DNA from: Candidatus Zixiibacteriota bacterium
GTDB lineage: Bacteria; RBG-13-66-14; B26-G2; WVWN01
Length of the DNA: 64,000 nucleotides
Assembly (NCBI GenBank): GCA_030613505.1
Contig: JAUWLW010000011.1
Coordinates: 945 to 64,944 of the forward strand
Reading direction: 5' to 3'
Shown: one piece after another, positions 19,320-29,551 of the stretch
Layout: each line of letters begins with the position of its first letter
How positions within the stretch are numbered: the stretch's first letter is position 1
Position numbers and translations under genes: made by a program
The notes under the pieces: model-generated
Told to the model about the DNA's origin: nothing
The model's database searches: none
What the model saw: the letters and a program-made list of their open reading frames with translations, nothing else

Positions 19320-20087
19320 ATGAAGTTAACGTTATACGTTGCGTTCCTGGAGGCCGCGCTGTCGGGTCCGTTCTGTACTTTCGCCGCGACGGAACCGGCC
19401 GAGGCCCTCCCGGCCGAACTTCCGGAATCGGCCTCCGCCGAAAACGGAACGTCGGCCGACGTCGCCGGTTGGCGCCTCTGCCCGTCCTGCGCGAAGTTGA
19501 ACGGGCCGGAGGCGTCTTACTGCATTTATTGCGGCCGCGACCTCGGGCGGAGCCGACCCGCGACGCGACGCGGCCCGGCGGTCACGTTGGAGCCGAGCCT
19601 CAGTTTCCTCTACTCCTTCACCGAACTCGGCCCGGGCTTCTCCTTCGCGGCCGAGGGAGGCCGCGTCCGCGAAGAAATTACAATGTTCGCCGTGCTGGAC
19701 GCCGATTATCGATTACATTACGACGGCGTTTTCTTCGCGAGCGGCACCCACTTCTATTTCACTAACTACGCGTTAAGGCCTTACGCCGCCGTCGACGTCA
19801 GCCTCTGGAATTACGGAGACGACGTAATCGCCGAGTTGGGCCCGGGGGCCGGCGTCCGCTACGACTACGGCCGCCGGGGCTCGTTCTTCTACTGCGGCGC
19901 GGGCTTCGGCGCGCGCGCGTTCCCGGCGTGGCGGGAACACGGCCCGGATACCTACGAGTGGGACAGCCAATTTTGGGCGAGGTTCCGCCTGACGCAATAC
20001 TACGCCGACTTCGCGGGCGTCGCTTTCGCCGCGCAAACGTTCTTCGGGGGCGCGGTGATAACGGTAGGGCACGCGTTCACTTTCTAA
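19320..20087 (+). CDS. secreted protein with N-terminal zinc ribbon (CxxC-x11-CxxC) and C-terminal putative OM beta-barrel
   Basis: Signal peptide, WRLCPSCAKLNGPEASYCIYCG, ends ...GHAFTF (aromatic C-terminus). Confidence 0.5.
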   Translation: MKLTLYVAFLEAALSGPFCTFAATEPAEALPAELPESASAENGTSADVAGWRLCPSCAKLNGPEASYCIYCGRDLGRSRPATRRGPAVTLEPSLSFLYSFTELGPGFSFAAEGGRVREEITMFAVLDADYRLHYDGVFFASGTHFYFTNYALRPYAAVDVSLWNYGDDVIAELGPGAGVRYDYGRRGSFFYCGAGFGARAFPAWREHGPDTYEWDSQFWARFRLTQYYADFAGVAFAAQTFFGGAVITVGHAFTF

Positions 20088-20103
20088 CACCCAGGGGGAG
20101 CGT

Positions 20104-20913
20104 ATGAAATATTTCCTGGTGCTAACGGCCGCGCTGGCGGTTTTTACGGTCGCCGCTCGCGCCGAAACGGCAACCTCGCCGACCGAAGAGACGACTACCT
20201 CGCCGGTCGACGTCAGCGGGTACCGCGTATGCCCGAAATGCAATACGTTGAACACGGCGCAGGCCGATTACTGCATGCGGTGCGGCGCGCAACTCGGCGA
20301 GGGCCCGGAGGAAGGGGCGGCTCCGCCGCCGGCCGCGGTCAAGGCCTTCGCGCTGACGCCGTTCGGCTTCGCGGGCAACTACGAGGCTCTGGGGGGAGGG
20401 TTGCGAGGCCGGTTCGACCGCTCGACGTGGTCGTACACCCCCTCCTACGCTTACGACGCGCGCGGGCCGGGAGCTTCCTTTTACGATAGCCACCAACATC
20501 ACGTCCTTCGCAACGACGCTCGCTTCTACTTCGGCGCCGCCGCGCTCCGGCCTTTCCTGGGCGGCGCCCTGGACGCGAACTACTACTACTCTCGATATGA
20601 TTACTACCGGTACTACGGACGCGAAAGACACTCCTTCATCGTATTCTTGGGGTTCGGCGGCGGCCTGGAGTTCAATTACGACCCCCGCGGCTCGTTCTTC
20701 GACATCCGCGGCTTCGCCGGCCCGGCGGCGACGTGGCTCGGCGGCCCCGACAGCAATTCGAGGATAATCACCTATTTTTCGTTCTCCACCGGCAACGTCG
20801 TCTACTTCAACCGACACGTCGGCCTGGACATCCATTTAGCGGCCGACGCCGGCATGGGTTACTACTCGGAAAACCGCGTAATGTTGGAAATCGGGCCGGC
20901 CTTCGCGTGGTAG
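20104..20913 (+). CDS. paralog of 19320..20087 (zinc ribbon + putative beta-barrel)
   Basis: YRVCPKCNTLNTAQADYCMRCG, ends ...IGPAFAW. Confidence 0.5.
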   Translation: MKYFLVLTAALAVFTVAARAETATSPTEETTTSPVDVSGYRVCPKCNTLNTAQADYCMRCGAQLGEGPEEGAAPPPAAVKAFALTPFGFAGNYEALGGGLRGRFDRSTWSYTPSYAYDARGPGASFYDSHQHHVLRNDARFYFGAAALRPFLGGALDANYYYSRYDYYRYYGRERHSFIVFLGFGGGLEFNYDPRGSFFDIRGFAGPAATWLGGPDSNSRIITYFSFSTGNVVYFNRHVGLDIHLAADAGMGYYSENRVMLEIGPAFAW

Positions 20914-21026
20914 GGCCTTGTATAAGGCCAAAAACATGAAGTAAGCCCGGCCGCCTTGGCGGTACGCCGGGCTCCTTTACTTACGGTCGATACTCCCGCA
21001 CCCCCCAACCCGAAAGGACCGCAACG

Positions 21027-21863
21027 TTGGGAAACGATATAGCCAGGCCACACGGCGGCGACGACGAATACCGTAGGTTGTTGGAGGTGACGCACCCGCT
21101 GCGCGAAGGGATAATACGGGACGCGGTCGCGGCGCTTCGCCTACCGGCCGGGAGTCGGGGCCTGGACGCCGGCTGCGGCGTCGGCTTGCCGGCGATAACT
21201 TTGGCCGAGGCCGTCGGTTCCTAAGGCCGCGTCGTCGGCCTAGACATGTCGGCGCCGCTGCTGGCCCGGGGAGTGGAGCTCGCCCGCGACGCCGGCCTGG
21301 CCGAGCGGGTCTCGTTCGAACGGGGAGACGTCAACGACCTCCCCTTCGAAGACGACGTTTTCGATTGGGCGTGGAGCGCCGATTGCGTCGGGTATTATAG
21401 GGAAGCGCCTTTCCCGGCGCTGCGGGAGCTGGCGCGGGTCGTAAAGCCGCGGGGCACGGTGGCGCTGCTGGCATGGTCGTCGGAGCAGCTGCTGCCGGGG
21501 TACCCCGAGTTGGAAGCCCGGCTGAAAGCGACGGCCGCGGGCCTGGCGCCCTTCGCCCGCGGGATGCCGCCGTCGCGGCACTTCTCGCGCGCGCTGGAAT
21601 GGTTCGGGGAGTTGGGGCTGGAGGAAGCGGGGATCAGCACCTTCGCCGGCGACGCGCACGCCCCCTTGACCGACGAGTTCCGGGAGGCGCTGACGGCGTT
21701 GCTCGAGATGCGGTGGCCGGGAGCAGAAGAGGAGTTGACGGCCGAGGAACGGGCGGAATTCAAACGCCTCGCCTACGCCGCGTCGCCGGATTTCGTATTG
21801 AACGACCCCGCGTACTACGCTTTCTTCACGTATTCGATGTTCTGGGGCAAGGTTCCGGCTTAG
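21027..21863 (+). pseudogene. class I SAM-dependent methyltransferase interrupted by one in-frame TAA (21222-21224)
   Basis: ORFs 21027..21224 and 21246..21863 are in the same frame: ...LDAGCGVGLPAITLAEAVGS*GRVVGLDMSAPLL.... Motif I and post-I continue across the stop. Confidence 0.6.
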
Positions 21864-22008
21864 CTTCAACCGCCGTAACCTCGCCCGACGCCGCGCCGGC
21901 CTTGCCGCGACGGCATATTCCTGAATTTAAAGGTTGACTATCGGGCGGCTAACGGTTAAAATGCCAAGCTTACTACCCGTCACAGCTATCCCGAAAGGTG
22001 GTTAGGCC

Positions 22009-22776
22009 ATGAAGAAACGTTTATCGATAGCGCTGGCCGTCGTACTATTGACCGCCGCCGCCGCGGATGCTTATTTAGGACAGATCCAGACGTCCTTCCG
22101 TTCGCCGGCGGCCGCCAACACCCGGGGCCTGGCCCGCGCGGCCGGGTACCTGTACGTGGTGGACGGGACCGACCGGGGCATCGTTTATCGTATGAACCCC
22201 GACACAGGCAAGGTGTACGACTGGTACGTCGTGCAGTGGGACGGCAACAACAGCGGCCTCGCGTTCTCCACTCCCTCGTATCTCTGGGTCGGCTGCATAA
22301 GTAACGACACCGTCTACCGGACGCGCGCTTTTACCGGCAGCATCCATTCGTCGTGGGGGGCCGGGCACGACCCGTTCGGCATCGCGCCGCGGAGCACCGG
22401 CGACAGCGGTAAGGGGACGACCCACATCTTCACTACCGACAACCTGCCCGACTACTTGTTCACCCACCGCCTGAACGGCAACGTCTTAAACTCCTTTCCG
22501 CTGGGCACGCGCTCCCGTTACGACTGCGCGTTCGATTGGCGCAACAACCTCGTGTGGCGGGGTGGCGGCGATTACATCTACGCCCACACGCCCACCGGCT
22601 CGATCGCGGCGTCCTTCGAGTCGCCCGCCGGATCGCCCCGGGGGCTGGCATATAACAACTACCGGCTGTGGATCGCGTGCACCGGCAACAGCTACATCTA
22701 TCGGGTCCACTGCCCGAGGGACTTCTTCGCCGTGGAGCCGGCGTCGGTGGGCCGCGTGAAAGCGCTGTTCCGCTGA
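22009..22776 (+). CDS. secreted protein, tag-family fold A, ending ...EPASVGRVKALFR
   Basis: Signal peptide MKKRLSIALAVVLLTAAAADA. C-terminal tag. Confidence 0.7.
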   Translation: MKKRLSIALAVVLLTAAAADAYLGQIQTSFRSPAAANTRGLARAAGYLYVVDGTDRGIVYRMNPDTGKVYDWYVVQWDGNNSGLAFSTPSYLWVGCISNDTVYRTRAFTGSIHSSWGAGHDPFGIAPRSTGDSGKGTTHIFTTDNLPDYLFTHRLNGNVLNSFPLGTRSRYDCAFDWRNNLVWRGGGDYIYAHTPTGSIAASFESPAGSPRGLAYNNYRLWIACTGNSYIYRVHCPRDFFAVEPASVGRVKALFR

Positions 22777-22870
22777 GCGGCGACGCCGATTCGTAAGTAA
22801 AGGAGCCCTAAGGGCTCCTTTTTTTGCGCCGACCGCGGCCTTTAACTACGAGTGAAGTTGTTCGGGGAAT

Positions 22871-23512
22871 TTACCCCTCGAGTTGCGAAAGTCGCACCTC
22901 GCCGGCCCGGGCGCGGTAGGCGGTCTGGATGTCGGCGTCGACGCCCGGGGCTACGCTCACCTCGACGTTGACGTTGGGGGAGGCGACGTTTACGTTGGGG
23001 GCGCCGAAGTCGCCCGGGCCGAAGCCGTAGCCCGACCGGCCGCCGGACAGCAGCGCGCGCATCCGCTCCTGCGTAACGACGAACTCCGGCTCGCGCTCGC
23101 CGACTAAGGCGAGGGTGGGGCTACGGACCAGGCCCTCGTGTTGGAAGCCGAGGAGGCTCGTTATCATGCCGAGGCCAGGGATCATGCTGAGGATGGAGCT
23201 GATGCCCTCGGTGACGAGGTTGGTGGCCGCGGTGGTGGCCATCTGCCCGCCTAAGTCCGCCATCGCGCCCTTCACGTCCCCCGACTTGAACCCCTGGACC
23301 AGGCTTGACGAGATCATACCCGAGACGCGCTCTACGGAAGCTTTTTCGGCTTTTTTGTCTCTTCCGTCTCCTTCGCCTCCGCCTTCTTTTTTCGCACCTT
23401 TACCCTTTAACGGCTCCTCTTGCAGGCGCTCCAATTGCTCGCCGAGGGTCCCGAGACCCTCCGTATCCTCAACCTTTAGCTCGCAGATTATTTCGTGTTG
23501 TTCTTGGTCCAT
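22871..23512 (-). CDS. hypothetical protein; its C-terminus (PGVDADIQTAYRARAGEVRLSQLEG) is shared with 30878..31111
   Basis: Start trimmed to the ATG at 23512 (SD GGGGGGAG). Gly/Ala-rich middle. Confidence 0.45.
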   Translation of the reverse strand: MDQEQHEIICELKVEDTEGLGTLGEQLERLQEEPLKGKGAKKEGGGEGDGRDKKAEKASVERVSGMISSSLVQGFKSGDVKGAMADLGGQMATTAATNLVTEGISSILSMIPGLGMITSLLGFQHEGLVRSPTLALVGEREPEFVVTQERMRALLSGGRSGYGFGPGDFGAPNVNVASPNVNVEVSVAPGVDADIQTAYRARAGEVRLSQLEG

Positions 23513-23688
23513 GTTACTCCCCCCAATCGGGAATGGTGGTAATAAAACCATCGTATAGCTGAAGGCCGTTTTTGTACGGACGATTTATATATCCTTAAAC
23601 CCTCTGCGCCATTATTTCCGCGACTTTGGCAGCAACCGGGGCCGCAAGCGGACCCGGTTTCTTTTTATACCGCTTTCATGGCGGGACT

Positions 23689-25029
23689 TTAATACCGTAA
23701 GAAGGGAGACGGCTTCAACTCAACTAATCCCCCCAACGGTTGGTCGACCCTGTTGAGGTAATTCGAGCTATCGGCATCGAATTCGCCGCACCGGAGCCAA
23801 GATACGAGACGGGTTTCCTCCATATAGTTGCGGCCCCGGGCTTTAAAGAGAGGCGTCAAGGTTCGCGTCTCGACCTCAAGCAGTTGGAATTCGACGACCT
23901 CCTCCTCGTGGGAGGCCCCCGGTATATAACGGGCAAGCACGACGCCTAAACCCTCCGGCGGTTGGAGGGTCGTAACCACCCACCCCGCGGGAACCTTGTA
24001 GAAAGGACGCTCCAGGTCGACGCGGAAGCCGGGGCGGTCCAACGGGGCGAGGTATAAATAGCGGCTATGGGCGCGGTCTCCTTTGGCGGGAACGGAGATC
24101 AGGCACTGGCGTTCGCCGTTCAAAGGGATGACGTCTTCCGTCCCCACGTCCTCCCAGAGGTCCACCAACGGCAGAACGTCCTCCTTCCCCGCTTCTTTAC
24201 GGATCTCCACCAAACGTTCGACGCAGCTACTCCGCCTCGGCCTGCGGCCCACCCAAATGCCGCGGCGAAGTCCGCCGAGTACGTAGAAGTAGTTTCGGGA
24301 AACGGCCACGATGGGATAACCAGGTGTGCCCGGGAATAAGTGCCAACGGCAAGGGGGGCGCGTCTCGACGACGGCCACGTCGGACGGGGGGGCTCCGTAG
24401 TCCCCATGCCTCCGACCCTTAACGAAACGCATCACTAATTCCCCGGCGCCGTCGTCCCAATACATACTGCCAATAGAAGCCAGGGTATTAAAATCCAACG
24501 TCGCAGCGTACGTGAAAGGACCGCGTTCATTTTTACGGGTCAGTACGCCGACGTCCGGCCGGCTGAACTTAAACGGCCAGAAGAAGAAGAAGTGGCCATC
24601 ACGGGACATGACTAAGTCTTGAGCCCGCCAGATGAATACGGCATACCCCACGCGCCGCCGCGACTCCTTAGTAAGGTTATATTCCATCAGCGCCGTAGTG
24701 AATTCCGGGAGGTCTACGGCCCCCACCCTCGCCAACGGCTCATCCGTCTCGACGCCGCGTTTATCGATAGGCCTGCGAACGCCCCGCCGGCGGGTGACCA
24801 CAGCGTAGTATATGAGGTCGTCGCCGGCTTCGGGCGCCGGGGCGTAGTAGCCGGCCATTTGGAGGCGCGTAACAATTATACGCGGGAGCGGAAGGCTAGC
24901 CGGAGCACCGCCGGGCGGCGGTTCTTTATCTAGGCCGGTACATACAACCAGGGTAAAGGCCAAGGCCAAAAGGCCGGCCGTACGTAATAAGCGGTTTCCC
25001 GAACAGGGCCTATGTGTCAAACTAACCAC
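23689..25029 (-). CDS. lipoprotein, hypothetical
   Basis: Signal peptide with lipobox LVVC. Confidence 0.55.
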   Translation of the reverse strand: MVSLTHRPCSGNRLLRTAGLLALAFTLVVCTGLDKEPPPGGAPASLPLPRIIVTRLQMAGYYAPAPEAGDDLIYYAVVTRRRGVRRPIDKRGVETDEPLARVGAVDLPEFTTALMEYNLTKESRRRVGYAVFIWRAQDLVMSRDGHFFFFWPFKFSRPDVGVLTRKNERGPFTYAATLDFNTLASIGSMYWDDGAGELVMRFVKGRRHGDYGAPPSDVAVVETRPPCRWHLFPGTPGYPIVAVSRNYFYVLGGLRRGIWVGRRPRRSSCVERLVEIRKEAGKEDVLPLVDLWEDVGTEDVIPLNGERQCLISVPAKGDRAHSRYLYLAPLDRPGFRVDLERPFYKVPAGWVVTTLQPPEGLGVVLARYIPGASHEEEVVEFQLLEVETRTLTPLFKARGRNYMEETRLVSWLRCGEFDADSSNYLNRVDQPLGGLVELKPSPFLRY

Positions 25030-25030
25030 G

Positions 25031-25735
25031 TTAATCTTCTATCGCTTTCCTAATATATTCCGGTATGTCCCTACGCGGTATACAATCCCCTCCGGTCCCG
25101 GGGATTACGGTCAACGTAAAATAACCCTCGGCGCCCTCGCCCTCTTCTTCGCGCTTTCGCCGTTTATCATCCCACTCCCTTTGCCTCTGCTCGCACGAGA
25201 AAATCCAAACCTCGCCGCCGGGTTTTAATAATTTCTCGACCTGGGCGAATAATTCACTCGGAGCGACGTCGCTATAGGGATCGTAATAACCGGGTTCGGC
25301 GTTTTTAGGGCGAGCCCTTTCTAACGCGGGCCCGTAACCGGTGACGTTCCCTTTCTCGTCGAAAATAGGCTCCCCGCCACCGTGGACCAGGAGCGCTATG
25401 CGATCGAACTTCGGGGCCTCCTCCAACGTTTTACCTTCGAACTCTCGTTGCTTTTTGTACTCCTCCACTAACTCCTCTGGGGTAAACCAACCTTTTTTGA
25501 ATTCATAAAAAAAGATTTCTTTACCTTCCGGTTTCATCTCCCTCCGCATATAGCTTTTAACCGCGTCAAATTCCGGGTACGTCTCCATAATGTTATGGTC
25601 GCCAACGAACAACGTCCGCTTCGTGATTTCCGGTTGTACCACCTCCTCCGCCTTCTGCCCCATGATTTCGCCTATTACCGGCGCAAGCGGGGCCGCAAGC
25701 GGGCCCGATTTCTCCTTGAGCCGGCCTTGCGCCAC
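25031..25735 (-). CDS. hypothetical protein (paralog of 28074..28847)
   Basis: Shared GPLAAPLAPVIGEIMGQKAEE, VHGGGEP and LLKPGGEVWIFSCEQ segments. Confidence 0.5.
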   Translation of the reverse strand: MAQGRLKEKSGPLAAPLAPVIGEIMGQKAEEVVQPEITKRTLFVGDHNIMETYPEFDAVKSYMRREMKPEGKEIFFYEFKKGWFTPEELVEEYKKQREFEGKTLEEAPKFDRIALLVHGGGEPIFDEKGNVTGYGPALERARPKNAEPGYYDPYSDVAPSELFAQVEKLLKPGGEVWIFSCEQRQREWDDKRRKREEEGEGAEGYFTLTVIPGTGGDCIPRRDIPEYIRKAIED

Positions 25736-25746
25736 CGTCTCTACTC

Positions 25747-26829
25747 TTAACGCGTCGTTGTCCCTTTTCGCCGTTTAAGGAAACGGCGCGCGATTAGCGT
25801 AATTAAAAAAACGATTATTAAGGCAGTTACGCCAAAAACGCCATACCGTGCAACGTGGAAAATCCGACTAGGCTTAAAACAACTTATACGCTGATTATAG
25901 CGGTCCGAAATGAATACGGTCCCACCCGGGGCCACGGCGATACCCGGGCCGTAGACCGTACTACGGTTTTCTGGTAAACCGAAAGAGCCCAAGAACGAGC
26001 CGGCCGCGGTGAAATAATCGAAACGACGGCCAACCCCTACGCGAGGATTTTCGAAAATGTAGACCTTGCCGTCCGTGCCGACGGCGATACCGCGGGGCTT
26101 CTTATACCTACTGTACCTACACCCCTCGGGCCCCCACCTCCCTAGATATGAACCTTCGGGGGTAAAGTACTGTACGCCGCCGAAGTCGTAATCTAAAACG
26201 TAAACGGTACCGTCCGGCCCTACTGCTAAATATAACGCTAAACCAAATTCCCCTTCCCCGGTCCCGTACGGACCCCATTCGGCGAGTAGAGTACCGTTAA
26301 CGTCATAACGTTGTATACGCCGCCCCGTCGAAGCGTAGATATCGCCGTTGGGCCCAACAGCCAACGGTCCTACTTCAGCTTCCCACTCCGATATCAATCG
26401 GCCCCGCGGCGTGAATTCGTACACGCGGCTTGCGGAGTGGTCGGCGGCGAAAACGGCTCCACCGCGCGCGATAGCTAAGCCGAAATACCCGAAACGAAAC
26501 GGGGAAATCGGCATTTCCCATTCCCCGAGAAAAGACCCCGCACTCGAAAAGTATTGCACGTGACCCTCGGATGCGACGTATACGTCGCCCGTTGGCGCAA
26601 CGACTACCGGTATCGGCGGAGCGCCGGTCCAACAACCGAAATCCTCTACCGGCCATTCGCCCGCTTTAACGTAATCCGGCGGGTTGTTCACCTTTTTAAT
26701 AAAAGATACGATTTTACGAAAACGGCTTTCGTCAGGCGTTTCGTCGATACGAGCCGACGCCACTCCCAAGGAGCAAACGGCCACCGTTATTACTGCGAAA
26801 ATTACTTTTTTATAAGGAATTGAATACAT
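25747..26829 (-). CDS. NHL-repeat protein with N-terminal signal anchor and C-terminal TM + basic tail
   Basis: Start trimmed to MYSIPYKKVIFAVITVAVCSLGVASA. Ends ...VFGVTALIIVFLITLIARRFLKRRKGTTTR. Lower GC than the flanks. Confidence 0.65.
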   Translation of the reverse strand: MYSIPYKKVIFAVITVAVCSLGVASARIDETPDESRFRKIVSFIKKVNNPPDYVKAGEWPVEDFGCWTGAPPIPVVVAPTGDVYVASEGHVQYFSSAGSFLGEWEMPISPFRFGYFGLAIARGGAVFAADHSASRVYEFTPRGRLISEWEAEVGPLAVGPNGDIYASTGRRIQRYDVNGTLLAEWGPYGTGEGEFGLALYLAVGPDGTVYVLDYDFGGVQYFTPEGSYLGRWGPEGCRYSRYKKPRGIAVGTDGKVYIFENPRVGVGRRFDYFTAAGSFLGSFGLPENRSTVYGPGIAVAPGGTVFISDRYNQRISCFKPSRIFHVARYGVFGVTALIIVFLITLIARRFLKRRKGTTTR

Positions 26830-26946
26830 ACTTAACGTCCCAACATTGGGCCTATGAAAGGCTTCATGTCGCGGTCGAAATCGCATTCTTCCCCTTCACC
26901 GGGCCAAACGATGGCCCTAAAAGGGCGGCCACTTTCCGCTACGGCT

Positions 26947-28050
26947 TCATCCCATTCCTCCTGTTCGCCGCGTTTTAATTACCCGGCATATTATAAAGGA
27001 ACCTACCAAGCTCGCAACGAAAACGCCGGCAGCGACGATTACCCACACGTATACGCGTTTATTAACCGAACGCTTGAACGTACGCACTTTCAAATCCCTA
27101 CCGTCGGCAACGTAAACGTCGCCCGAAGGAGCCGCCGCTACCCCCCAGAAGAAATCGCCCCGGCGCGGCGGCGCGGTATACTCCAGCACGCCTTTTAACC
27201 GGCCGCGGCGGTCGAAGTATTCCACTTTATCCTTTGACATATCGGAAACGAATACCTCTCCCGCACGCGCAACGGCAACGGCGTTGGGGTATTTGAACTC
27301 GCTCGGGCCGGTGCCCTCTTCGCCCCACGCGCCGAGGAACGAACCGTCGGCGCTGAAATACTGCACGCGCTCGTTCAACGTGTCGGTAACGTATACCGCT
27401 TCCCCGTCCGGCGCTATTGCGATACTTTCGGGATAATGGAATTTACCCTCGGCTGCCCCGTACGAACCCCATTTACCCAAAAAGGAACCCGTACTCGAAA
27501 AATACTGAACCCTCTCGTTGAGGGTATCGGCGACGTAAACTCGGCCGGTCGAATCGACTGCCAAACCCGCCGGGCTGCCGAATTGCCCTTCGCCGGTCCC
27601 GCGACTACCCCAGCCGCCCAAGTAAACGCCGTCCGACGAGAAGTAAATCACCGCATCTCCGCACAGCGCGTAAACGTTGCCGTCGGGCCCGCCGGCAATA
27701 CCCCGCGGCACGAACGTATACCTCGCCAACCCTACCGTACCGGGCGGCGGCGGCGGGACAACGTACCATTCATCAAGGGAGTTCCCCGTCGCGTCGTAAC
27801 GGCGTATCCGCTGCGTTAACGGGTCGGCGACGTAGACATCGCCGTCCGGGCCTACGGCTATGGGGATCGGCGGCGCTAATATCATGCCACACCGGTGGAA
27901 ACCTTCAAGGTCCCACTCGCCGGCGTATTCGTACCAGGTCGCAGGACCCGGCTTCAAGCGTTCGATGATATCCCGTTTGCCGCTACTGCACCCGGAGAAA
28001 ATAATGAGGATAGATAAAAACGCGGAAAAAAAAACGAGGTTTTTACGCAC
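26947..28050 (-). CDS. NHL-repeat lipoprotein with C-terminal TM anchor
   Basis: MRKNLVFFSAFLSILIIFSGC lipobox. Ends ...VYVWVIVAAGVFVASLVGSFIICRVIKTRRTGGMG. Confidence 0.7.
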   Translation of the reverse strand: MRKNLVFFSAFLSILIIFSGCSSGKRDIIERLKPGPATWYEYAGEWDLEGFHRCGMILAPPIPIAVGPDGDVYVADPLTQRIRRYDATGNSLDEWYVVPPPPPGTVGLARYTFVPRGIAGGPDGNVYALCGDAVIYFSSDGVYLGGWGSRGTGEGQFGSPAGLAVDSTGRVYVADTLNERVQYFSSTGSFLGKWGSYGAAEGKFHYPESIAIAPDGEAVYVTDTLNERVQYFSADGSFLGAWGEEGTGPSEFKYPNAVAVARAGEVFVSDMSKDKVEYFDRRGRLKGVLEYTAPPRRGDFFWGVAAAPSGDVYVADGRDLKVRTFKRSVNKRVYVWVIVAAGVFVASLVGSFIICRVIKTRRTGGMG

Positions 28051-28073
28051 GGGGCGTACCTCCTTCCTGGTTT

Positions 28074-28847
28074 TTACAAACCCAATAAGTCGTCGATAAA
28101 CGGAGCCGCGTCCTCTTCGTAACGGAAATCTCCCCCGCCTCCGGGGTAAATAATCACGTCGAAGTTACAACCGGCCTTTTCCAGTTCTTCCTCCCATTCG
28201 CTTAGGTACTGGCCGCAAACTAAGAGCCATAAATCGCCTCCGGGTTTAAGGTATTTCGCAACTACCCTGAACAATTCTCTCGGTTCTACCGGATACAAAT
28301 TCGCGCCCCTGGAGAGGGCTGGCTCGGCCGGCAAGCTATCTTCTTCGTACACGATCCTTGCCCCGTGCACCATTATACCTATCCGGTCGAAAACCACCTT
28401 ATCATCCGTAGGCTGACCTTGTCTACTCGACCATTCTTCGTAGTAACTATCCATAAGTGTGGGTTCGAAGTATGAATGGAATTTTACGAACACGACCGTT
28501 TTATCGGGCCACGTGTTTTCGTATATCTTCCGTTTATCTCCTAATACCCTTTCGTCCGGATATAAGTCCGCATCGTAGACTATAAGCGTACGGCCGGCCA
28601 AATAGTCAACGGCCACCTCTTCCGCCGCCTTCTGCCCCATGATCTCGCCAAGCACGGGCGCGAGCGGGGCCGCAACCGGACCGAGTATTTCCGGAAGTTG
28701 AGCTTTAACGGCCTGCGTTACGGCAGCCGATACGTCCCTTGCGGCATTACCAGTAGTCGTTTGGACCACTACTTTTATCTTTTTTACCTTCCCCACTTTA
28801 TAAATAATCCCCTTACATATTATACCCGCTATTCGTACGGCCGTCAA
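28074..28847 (-). CDS. hypothetical protein (paralog of 25031..25735); N-terminal extension uncertain
   Basis: GPVAAPLAPVLGEIMGQKAAEE, VHGARI, YLKPGGDLWLLVCGQY. Confidence 0.45.
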   Translation of the reverse strand: MTAVRIAGIICKGIIYKVGKVKKIKVVVQTTTGNAARDVSAAVTQAVKAQLPEILGPVAAPLAPVLGEIMGQKAAEEVAVDYLAGRTLIVYDADLYPDERVLGDKRKIYENTWPDKTVVFVKFHSYFEPTLMDSYYEEWSSRQGQPTDDKVVFDRIGIMVHGARIVYEEDSLPAEPALSRGANLYPVEPRELFRVVAKYLKPGGDLWLLVCGQYLSEWEEELEKAGCNFDVIIYPGGGGDFRYEEDAAPFIDDLLGL

Positions 28848-29020
28848 TTAACCCAAACGCTCGCGTCGCACGCGGCGCCGGGTATCTTCAACCGCCGCTT
28901 CCTCCTCCGCGGTTAAATTACACAGGCACTCCACCACGCCGTAGAACTTGGCCGCGTTCCACGCGAGGACGTCGCGAGGATCGAGGCCCAGCCGCCTCCC
29001 CACCTCCACGACCAGCTCCG

Positions 29021-29551
29021 TTAAGCCGCAGTACCTTGCCGGCCGGCCTCCTCTTTTTTTTTAAACATCACGCGCTCCAGCAAGCCGAATAAGGCCGGCG
29101 CGAGCGACGTCACCACGACGTCGGCTCGAGGAATCCGCTTCCGGAGGAGCTCGAGCGCCGCGGCCTCATCCACCTCCGGTACGACGTACTTTTTACGCCG
29201 CAACCAAGCGAACAACCCCCGCGGCCGCTGGTGGAGAAGCCAGAACGCTCGCGCCAATATCGTTACGTACTCGTGGATGTCGGTTAGCTCCGGCCCCAGC
29301 CGCTCCAGCTCCCGCACCACGGCCTCGAACACCTCCAGCGACGGCACCGGTATCGTGACGCGCAGCCGCTCGTCCTCGTAGACGTAGACCTGCTCGTCGG
29401 CGAGGCGCTTGAGCTCCACGCCCACCCGGCCCGAGCCGGGCATCCCCGGCGCGTAGCGCGTTATCATCTCTTGCGCCTCGGCCGGAAGCTCCGACGACGG
29501 CCTTACGTCGGCGCCCAGCCGCTTCAGCTCCTCCTTCAGCTCCTCGCTCAT
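29021..29551 (-). CDS. hypothetical phage protein (possible tail-assembly chaperone position)
   Basis: MSEELKEELKRLGAD.... The ATG overlaps the stop of 29551..30306 by 1 nt. Confidence 0.4.
   Translation of the reverse strand: MSEELKEELKRLGADVRPSSELPAEAQEMITRYAPGMPGSGRVGVELKRLADEQVYVYEDERLRVTIPVPSLEVFEAVVRELERLGPELTDIHEYVTILARAFWLLHQRPRGLFAWLRRKKYVVPEVDEAAALELLRKRIPRADVVVTSLAPALFGLLERVMFKKKEEAGRQGTAA

Noticed and set aside
28074-28847. ORF-track N-terminal extension MTAVRIAGIICKG... of the paralog
   Set aside because: The extension is not conserved with paralog 25031..25735. The true start is probably nearer the conserved GPVAAPLAP segment or the MGQK methionine, and this is flagged as uncertain.
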